A DNA stretch of 64,000 nucleotides, taken from NCBI RefSeq assembly GCF_006345805.1, contig NC_042999.1:48236001-48300000 (forward strand), in the 5' to 3' direction. Every line of letters begins with the position of its first letter. The stretch's first letter is position 1. Made by a program: the position numbers and the translations under genes. Below are positions 54,602 through 64,000 of the stretch, piece by piece. Origin of the DNA: Octopus sinensis (taxonomy: Eukaryota). The notes beneath the pieces were generated by a model that searched no databases, was not told the DNA's origin, and was given only the letters and a program-made list of their open reading frames with translations.

Positions 54602-55122
54602 TCTTTTCATAAAGAGAAATTATTGACTGAGTTCCTCTAGAAACTTTACTCGATGAAGGAAGATTTGAACAGAAGGTAATGCGTTTTAGTGGAATTTTCA
54701 GTAATTGTGGCACACTGAGGTCATGTTTTAAATATCAACCTTTATCCTCAACTCCTGTGAGTTTGTGATACTGAAAAAATCCACTACGCGGTATTCGTCA
54801 GTGGAACAAACGCACTTCAATAAACATGACAATGTCCCAGCGCGAACTGCGAAAGTGACCTAGCGAAAACTTTAAAAATTTGAGGGGCTGCAATTGCTCC
54901 CTCACTCTGCTTACATATCAGATTATGTACCATAAAATCAACACCTTTTTCGGGCCATGTATATGCAAGCATTACGTATAAAAGGAAAAAAAAAATTATA
55001 TTTCGAAACAATATTAATATTCAAATTAATATTTTTGAAGCATATTCAAAGATTCATTTGAAACAACTATAGCAGATACAATCATTACGTCAGAACAAAT
55101 ATAATAACAATATCACCAATCA

Positions 55123-55290
55123 TAGGCGTAGGAGTGGCTGTGTGAAAGTAGCTTGCTTACCAATCACATGGTTCCGGGTACAGTCCCACTGCGCGGCACC
55201 TTGGGCAAGTGTCTTCTACTATAGCCTCGGGCCGACCGAAGACTTGTGAGTGGATTTGGCAGACGGAAACTGAAAGAAGCCTGTCGTATA
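55123..55290 (+). mobile_element. tRNA-derived SINE-like repeat, family A (well-preserved copy)
   Basis: AGGCGTAGGAGTGGCTGTGTG...GGTTCCGGGTACAGTCCCACTGCG...GACGGAAACTGAAAGAAGCC followed by (TA)n. Confidence 0.85.
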
Positions 55291-55373
<83 letters not shown>

Positions 55374-55431
55374 GTATGTGTGTGTATATGCTTGTGTCTG
55401 TGTTTTTTCCCCCCAACATCGCTTGACAACC

Positions 55432-55654
55432 TATTTCTTTATTACGCACAATGGGCTAAACACAGAGGGGACAAACAAGGACATACATAGGTATTAAGTC
55501 GATTACATCGACCCCAGTGCGTAACTGGTACTTAATTTATCGACCCCGAAAGGATGGAAGGCAAAGTCGACCCCGGCGGAATTTGAACTCACAACGTAAC
55601 GCAGACGAAATACCGCTAAGCATTTCGCCCGGCGTGCTAACGGTTGTGCCAGCT
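55432..55654 (-). mobile_element. Family C SINE inserted into a family B repeat with a 12-bp TSD
   Basis: CGCTTGACAACC at 55420-55431 and 55655-55666 flanks the insert. Confidence 0.88.
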
Positions 55655-56587
55655 CGCTTGACAACCGATGCAGGTGTGTTTACGTCCCCGTAAGTTAGCG
55701 GTTCGGTAATAGAGACAGATAGAATAAGTACTAGGCTTACAAAGAATAAGTCCTGGGGGCGATTTGCTCGACTAAAAAGCCGGTGCTCCGGCATGGCCAC
55801 AGTCAAATGACTGAAACAAGTAAAAGAGTAAAAAAGAGTTAAGAATAATCGTTTCTTTAATGTTAACTAACGTTAATGACAATTTCTTGGATTTTCAGTT
55901 TGTTTCGAGCAGATTTCCGTACTAAAACGTTTTATCGTTTAATATATCCTGTCAACCACTGTTCAAAAGTTGAGCTGGCCTCGACTTCACAAACGCCCTA
56001 ACATATATGTAATATAATGTTTTAATATATCGCAAGACAAACGCATACACATAAACACACACACACACCACACAAACATTTTTCTGAAAAATAAAACAAC
56101 ACCCCTCTCCTATAACTCTTTTGCCTACAGAACCTACAGAGCCATTGACTGTAATATATATATATATAATATATATATATATATATTATATATAATATAT
56201 ATATATATATATATATTACTCAATGGCTTTTAATGTTCATTTCGTGAAGACCGTATCGTTCTGGTGCTTTTTCGAAACCTGCGCCATTTTACATTTCTAT
56301 AATTCCCTAGTTTCCTGATTTGCATCAGCCGTGGCCATTATGTAAACAAGCAGATTTTGAAGACGCATGTTTTCATACGAGCCTTGTGTAGTAATGAATT
56401 CGATAGATGAATGTTTAGATATACATTTTTCTCGAGGAAATATAATTAACTACAGTGGAAAATATATTAATATTTGTGTGCATAAACATGTTGTGATTGT
56501 TTTTTTCAGTTCATTCCGTTTACATAAGTAAATATATAGAAACAAACTTCTCAGGAGACATGCAGAAACAACATGAATATACAGACA

Positions 56588-56652
<65 letters not shown>

Positions 56653-56891
56653 CATACTGCATGCATATCATTTAGCCAAAGCGATACTAACAGCCTGATT
56701 TTAGAACTCAATATACATATGATCCAGAAAAAAAAAGTCGACGGAATAAGAGAGTACATAAATAACATGGGACTAAGGAGTTACAGAATGTATTACATAA
56801 TTATATAATAGATTACATAATTTGTCTTTCCATTTCATGTATATAATCTCTTATTAGTCTGTGTACTGAAGTGACACTTTGATTATGAGGC

Positions 56892-56922
<31 letters not shown>

Positions 56923-57016
56923 ATATGTATATATTCGTGTGTATGTATAGATATATGTATTCATATATACAGACAGGCAGACACACACACGCGTGCGCGC
57001 ATGCATATACTCTTAT

Positions 57017-57052
<36 letters not shown>

Positions 57053-57949
57053 GTGTGTGTGTATGTGTGTAAGCATATATGTATCTATACATTTTTATAT
57101 GCGTATATATATTATTGTGTGTATGTGTTTAAGTATGTAGTCATAATCGTATGTGTATTAATCTTTCGTTTCATGTATTGATGATGTAATATTCTCCACC
57201 TACGTAAAGAACGATATAACCGCTTCATGCGTCTTACTTTCAAAATTATTATAGAGTTTTATTTATAACCATTCAATTTATTCATCTTATTCCATTTATG
57301 TTGTTATATTTTGCTACCTAACAACCTTGATCGTGCACACTTGTGATCCATTGCACAGCAGCCGCAACTGTGTTTCTTTTTCATTTATCTCTACCGAAAT
57401 CTACTCTAATATGCCCTTATATGTGTATTTTATGTAATATTTAGACGTGATTTTTATGAGGTTGCTTTACTTCTTCTAGCAACTAGAGCGACCACATTAA
57501 AGCGCTTTCTCGTTAACTCAGGTGGCGAATATCAAGTGACCTTATTTGTCGTTCTATTAATAATACCGACAGTTGCTAGAGAAACTACCAGCATTGTTGT
57601 GCAAGTGATGGGAACACCACTGAGATAGTGCTGTCAGTGGCTGGATGTTTATTGCCATGATGAAAATATTACAACTGTATTACTCAACAACGAAATAGGC
57701 TGTAGACCACTACTATATGCAATGACATTTACAGTAGTCGTTTAATAGATTCAGAAAAACCAGATAACTTTGCGAAAAACGAATAAAAGAAACAAATTTT
57801 GTCGGTGCACCACGAAAGAAGAAAGCATTAGTAAAACGAACATATCAATAAATGTATATATTTCTTATTTCGTAAAAACACAAGCACACTCAAGCACATA
57901 TAAAGAGAGAGTGAAAGAAAGATTGAGAGAGAGAGAGTGTGTGAGAAAC

Positions 57950-58000
<51 letters not shown>

Positions 58001-58261
58001 AAATGTCTGAACTGTATGTTCAAAGTGAGCATTTGTTTTATTTTTGGCTCTAATCGCAGCCAAAGCAACTATAGCAACGTCAAAATCAACATCAACAATA
58101 AGGAGCAAAAATTAAAACTAATAATAAAATGATTAAAACATAGATATAATAGTAGCGATGAAGATTAAGATGGTGATGAAGAGGAGGTGGAGGATGTTGA
58201 TGATGACGGCAATAAAAACTGCAGCAAGAACAACAACAACAAAACCAACAACTCCAATAAC

Positions 58262-58318
<57 letters not shown>

Positions 58319-58473
58319 AAGAAGAAGAAGAAGAAGAAGAAGAAGAAAGAAGAGAAGAGAAGAAGAAGAAGAAGAAGAAGAAGAAGAAGAAGAAGAAGAA
58401 GAAGAAGAAGAAGAAGAAGAAGAAGAAGAAGAAGAAGAAGAAGAAGAAGAAGAAGAAGAAGAAGAAGAAGAAG
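58262..58473. repeat. (AAT)n followed by a long (GAA)n microsatellite
   Basis: Directly visible; explains the poly-E/R/F/L ORFs. Confidence 0.97.
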
Positions 58474-59060
58474 ACGAAGAATAGTAATCGTGATAGTCTT
58501 GGCGATAAGAATAAAAACAATAAAGATCAAAATTATAAACGACAGAACAACAGAAATGCCTAGAGTAAGATTAATTGCAACTATACAAATAATAATCTAG
58601 ATATAATAACTAATGGCAGTAGATTATTGAATAAACAAGATGCCATAACAACTACCTGGATTATTTAAGAAAATAAAAATTAATAGTTTCAAGTCTTGTT
58701 ACATGGGCAGTATTAGTAGAGATCATAAATATCAAACATATGCCAACCTATAATATGTATACCTCTATATACATATATATATATACATATATATATACAT
58801 ATATAGATATATATAACAACACATACATGCATCCGTACATACACACACACACCCATAGGTATGCATGTGTGTTCGTGTGCGAGTTTCGTGTTTGTATATA
58901 CGTATATATGAATATATAAATATAAATACATAGGCATATATATGCATATATATAAGTATATATATACATATATGTATATATACATATCTGTATATATATA
59001 TATATATGTTTGTGTATATATATATATATATATTATATATATATATATTATATATGTATG

Positions 59061-59107
<47 letters not shown>

Positions 59108-60224
59108 TATATATATATGTATGTATGTATGGAGAGAGAGAGGGCGTGAGAGAGAGAGGGCGTGAGAGAGAGAGGGAGATAGAGAGATAGATATAAAGAG
59201 GAAGAGAAAGTGAGAGATTTACACACGCCCTTTCATATACACACAGAGTTTTTCTAACACTCTCAGTACCTATAACTGTTTGGTGCACAGTAATTTAATA
59301 TATGTTAAAGATATGCTAAATATAAGAAATATCATAAACTTACGGAGTTTCCATGTTTAAACTTTAACTAGATTGAATAAAAAAAACGAAAATATGTGAG
59401 TACTGAAATGAAAATTATACGATAAGAGATGCTTTCGTTTTTCGGTACAAGAGGAATCGAAAAAAAAAAAAACCTTGCTGCGAGATTGCTACACAGATAT
59501 GTTAATTCTTATACAAAATACACTGTATTCCAAAAATAATTCTTTACATTTTTGAGGAACTACAATATTTGAAATTCGACGAACCAAACAGGGCAACTCT
59601 AAGTACTTGTTCTACATTCGGGAATGGGCATTTAATTATCCCTTGCATTTCATGGTAGCGTCTTAAAAAGTTAAAAACAAGGACGAATTTTGGTAAGGTA
59701 GTGTGCTAGCTAAGAAAAGAAGATATATTTATCTCTTTGTGTTTTTTTGTTGAAGTAACGTACGAATACTGATTAGATTGACCGAATCAGTTATGTCTAA
59801 AATATATCCTTGCTGTATTCGTCTGAGATCAAGTGCTGTCTAGGCTAGATTTACCATTTATCCATTCGGCTTTCGATACATAAAGTACTATTCTTGTCGT
59901 AGGGTTAAAGATACTGATGTTTTTTTTTTTTTTTCTGGGAGACATCGGTTGTTAGGAGATCTAGAGATGAATTGGATCTGCGTAACTCAAGAATGCTCAG
60001 AATAAGTTGCGCATTTCGGTGATGTATTTATGATTCCACACTAGCAAACCTCATAAAAGAATTAGAATAATCAGTTTTACATTTGTATTAATTCTGATAT
60101 TTGTAATAATGGATCATATTCTACATGGTTGCTACATGATATATGATATCGAGCAACAAATTCTAAAATAAAATTTATGAAGGGTATAGTCCGATTCTAG
60201 GATACCTAAAAACAATCTCTCACT

Positions 60225-60242
60225 CTCTCTCTCTCTCTCACA

Positions 60243-60331
<89 letters not shown>

Positions 60332-60352
60332 ACACACACACACAACACACAC
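60225..60352. repeat. (CT)n-(CA)n microsatellite
   Basis: Directly visible. Confidence 0.95.
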
Positions 60353-60864
60353 ATGATGATAGTGTTCTTTCTGATACTAAATCTCATTTGGATTAGTGAT
60401 TTGTTAACAAATTCTGTTAAGAAAAATTGGGTTTCCAGAGGACCAATCATTGTTTCACTAGTTCACTTGTGATATTTACGATACCTTCATTCACAAAACA
60501 CGAATGCGAATTACGAGCAAAACAAGTGTCACGCGTGTATAGATCTAAAATAAAAGAAAAATCTCTGGTTTATTCATTTTCTGGCTGATTTTACATATGT
60601 CACTGATCTATGTACTTTACAACGATGGAAATTCTCGGAAGATCCATGCATCCAATTCTACTTGAAAAAGATGTGACTGCGGCAAAACATTTTGCTTATG
60701 CATTGAAGTTTTAAGACGTCGTTTTGCAAGTAATATTTTGACCACAGATCAAACTTAATGGTCATTTCAGTATTTTTTCCTAGGATAATTTCTGTATTCG
60801 ACTTTCGAAAATGTTTTACGGTGATCTTGTTAAAATGTTTTCTCTTCTTTCTTTTACTTTATAT

Positions 60865-62165
60865 TAGGAATCCCCAAACAACGGCCCGCGGGCAGGATCC
60901 GGCCCGCAACGTCAATTTGTCCGGTCCGCTATCGTATGCTTAAAAAAATACACATACTTTTATTCTGCTTCATACAATTCTTAGATTACGCATGTCGTAT
61001 GTATACTGAGTAAGTCACCTCACGTGCTACGTATTTCACGCGCCATACTACAGTACATCACGTTTACTTAGGGTTAGTCAGTTATTAGTTATTGCAATTA
61101 AAACGAGAATATCTGACGCCGAGGCCTAAGACTGCTTTTTATTTTTGTTTTTTCACACATTTTTATGGCTACTAAGAAGAGAAAGGTTGATGTTGAATGT
61201 CGCATTTTCAAGAATGAATGGGAAGAGAAGTACTTCTTTGTGGAAAAAACGACCAGAAAGCTAGTTGCCTGATATGCAACGAAAGTGTTGCTGTCATGAA
61301 AGAGTGAAATGTTCGTTATCACTACGTAACGAAACATCTCTCAACATATTCTAAATATTCTGGAAAAATGCGGTCCGAGAAATTTGAATCTATGAAACGT
61401 AGTGTGGAATCTCAAAGGAATTTCTTTACGACAAAAGTTTGTTGAAAGTTAATCTATCACTCGTGTAAGTTACAAAATAGTGAATAAGTTGGCAGAGCAA
61501 TGAAAACCATTTACTGACGGAAACTTTGTGTCCTAAAAAATCTAACATATTTGGGAGTATCAGCCTTTCAGCAAGTTTAATTGTGCGGAGAATAGAACTT
61601 GGAGAGAATATACAGTTATAGATACACGACAAAATTAAGAATTTTTGTGGTATTCTCTTGCAATGGATGAGTCTACTGCTACTGATCTCTCTAGCATGTC
61701 ACAAATTCATGTGTTCATTCGTGGTATTACTTGCAACTTTGAGGTTATAGAAGAAATGGTAGTATACATAGAGCAACAACTGGAGAAGATAAATTCATAG
61801 AGGTGCAGAAAAGTTTGCAAAACGATAACCTTCAGTGGAATCAGCTTCGGTGTGTTACAGTCGATGGAGGGAAAAAGATGTCAGGAGTGAGGAAGAGTTT
61901 GGCAGGGCGGATCCAAACCAATTTGGAGGAGCTTCAAATTCCGAAAGCTCTGTTTATACACTGCATTATACATCAGCAAAAATCTCTGGAAAACACTTAG
62001 ATATTTCTTGCGTACTAAAACCGGTTACAATTGTGGCGAACTTTCTTTGGAATCATGGGCTTAATCACAGACGGTTCCAGGCTTTCCTTCAAGAAATGGA
62101 TTCTAATTTCTCTGTCTTGCCTTACTACACTGAAGTGGGATGGCTCAGTTGCGGTAAAGTATTTT
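60865..62165 (+). mobile_element. hAT transposon (SPIN / GTF2IRD2-like) 5' portion, pseudogenised
   Basis: Terminus TAGGAATCCCCAAACAACGGCCCGCGGGC..CCGGCCCGC typical of hAT left ends. From ATG 61165: MATKKRKVDVECRIFKNEWEEKYFF..CLICNESVAV..HYVTKH (BED-like), later ALDESTATD, VTVDGGKKM, HCIIHQQ and EVGWLSCG. Multiple stops and frameshifts; 3' truncated. Confidence 0.9.
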
Positions 62166-63863
62166 TCTTAAATAATATAACAGTTCTCGCTGAAAATATC
62201 GATGTTGTCAAGGGGGCTGGATTGTATGCATCTACATGTAACCACAGACACACATACAACGTTTCGTTGAGTTAACTTAACTTGAACTTTGATTTTGTGT
62301 TTTGTGCTTCGGAACCGCACAATATTTTAATCTCGGTATAGAAATAAAATAAAGTATTTCAAAACAATTACAAACAATACGTGTATATCTGATAGGTAGC
62401 ACATTAAGCTGATTCAACACTGTGCTGAAGCAATGTACAGCAGATAAGTGTAAAAGCAATGTTTAAGCTGTTCCGTTCCTTTCGAAGTTGCCTCATCATT
62501 AATTTTCGATCCCAATTTATTGCTTCCCTAGTAATATTACATAGCTGGATTGGAGAGAATAAATAACAACATACTCTACATTCTCCTTTTTATAAAAGAT
62601 TTTTTCTGGCAGTATTATAAGAAAATGATGGACGTTGAAGGACTTGTCGTAAATCGCTTAATTCCAGTCGGTAACGTGTTCCTTTCTTAGTTACTGGTAA
62701 TATAAATACGAGTAACGATAATTAAAGTAACAAAATATAAGTTCACCAATTTTGTTACCAATACAATTGTTAAAGTACAGAGAATTTAATATTCTTACTT
62801 TTCATAAGAAGCAACAGTCAAAATGCCAGTCAAACGACACTTTGTAATGAATAGAGCAACCGTACTAGACATTTAAGCTTATTTACTGCTGAGACCTGAA
62901 CATGGATATCAATGGGGATTAATGCCGAATGATTTCAAGTACATCGATAATGAAATTAAGAGGTAAAAATTGAATGTTGTTTAATTTCAGGTGAAGAATC
63001 AATATGGCATTATTGTGACATACAGAAAGAAAATGACTTTAGGCATGGAATTATTTTCTTAAATCTATTCATATCAAATTGTTTTAGATTGATTTAATTT
63101 GTATAAGTGAAGACATAAAAATGTCAAACAATTCAATTTTAAACGAAATTTAAAGAAAATGTAATTTCATTGTTATTCAGAATGTTTTACTTTGAGAAAA
63201 AATGTGGAAGAGAAAATAAAAAATAAGCAAACAGAATGGCATATTAATAAGTGTACTAGAATATATAAGCATTCCACGTGACTTGGCATATTCATAATGG
63301 GTGTATAATTGCGCGTTACTTTATTAAACCAGACCCGAACTTTAGAGATCACTCAGAATTTCGATTCATAGAATTGTAAACAATTTCTTATAGTTTACAT
63401 TTTACAATCTTTCAGGCAACGAAATGCGTCAAAATGACATAGCCATTTAGATTCTCTCTTTGACAAACTCAGGAAAACACCGCATTTTTTTTTTGGTTTT
63501 TTTTTTGTATGCTAAATTAGAGAACTTGTGATATGAGGCAGTCGGTGCAAGTGGGATATGTCAAATAGAACGCAAATTTTTGTGGATTGCCAAATTGCCT
63601 GCGTACTAATTTCTGGCCTAGTGCCAGAACTTAAAATCATTATTATTTAAGACATTTTGATTCAGTTCCATGTTACTTAAAGTTTCACAGGCTTCCCAAA
63701 GCTATTCGTTCAGGCTCAGATTACCGAATAATTTGATGAATCGGTTTTCTGACCTGGACTAGCTCGGTTTCTATGAGAAACGAATTAAAACGCATTGAAA
63801 CGAATCAAACTGTTTTACACCGTAATATATGAAACTACTACTAAACGAGTACTACTCGCTCGC

Positions 63864-63897
<34 letters not shown>

Positions 63898-64000
63898 ATG
63901 TGTGTGTGTGTGCGTATGTGTGTGTGTGTATGTATAGTTATCACCAAGCTAAAATGGAAGTCCAGAAAAATAGGACGAAATGCTGCCGTTCATCTGCTCC

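Noticed and set aside
62884-63075. Protein-like frames near 62.9-63.1 kb (YLLLRPEHGYQWGLMP...; EESIWHYCDIQ...)
   Set aside because: The implied intron is only about 28 nt, the first acceptor is weak and no homology is recognised.

Overview
AT-rich eukaryotic genomic DNA, intronic or intergenic, dominated by microsatellites and decayed mobile elements. The repeat families and the (TA)n/(AAT)n/(GATA)n load fit an octopus (coleoid cephalopod) genome; this is inferred from pattern recognition, not a database match. Nearly all ORFs in the supplied track are microsatellite translation artefacts. Supportable protein remnants: three mariner elements, a Tc1-like element, a hAT/SPIN-like transposase, a CR1/L2-like RT carrying a nested RTE 3' fragment, an L1/Tx1 fragment, an R4/Dong-like RLE fragment, and Penelope-like (PLE) RT/GIY-YIG fragments. 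There are also several tRNA-derived SINE-like families and a non-autonomous Helitron. The most interesting signal is a set of short repeats from at least four families carrying minimal type-I hammerhead ribozyme motifs with a palindromic (dimer-type) stem III. One copy has an intact core and stems (6022-6056) and one lies downstream of a tRNA-type SINE head (about 34965-35200). Most abut (TA)n tracts, and two occur as head-to-head inverted pairs. A separate ~550-bp retroposon sits repeatedly inside (TAA)n arrays. No host gene could be named; only weak candidate exons are offered. No CRISPR, rRNA or bona fide tRNA genes were seen. Coordinates of degraded elements are approximate.
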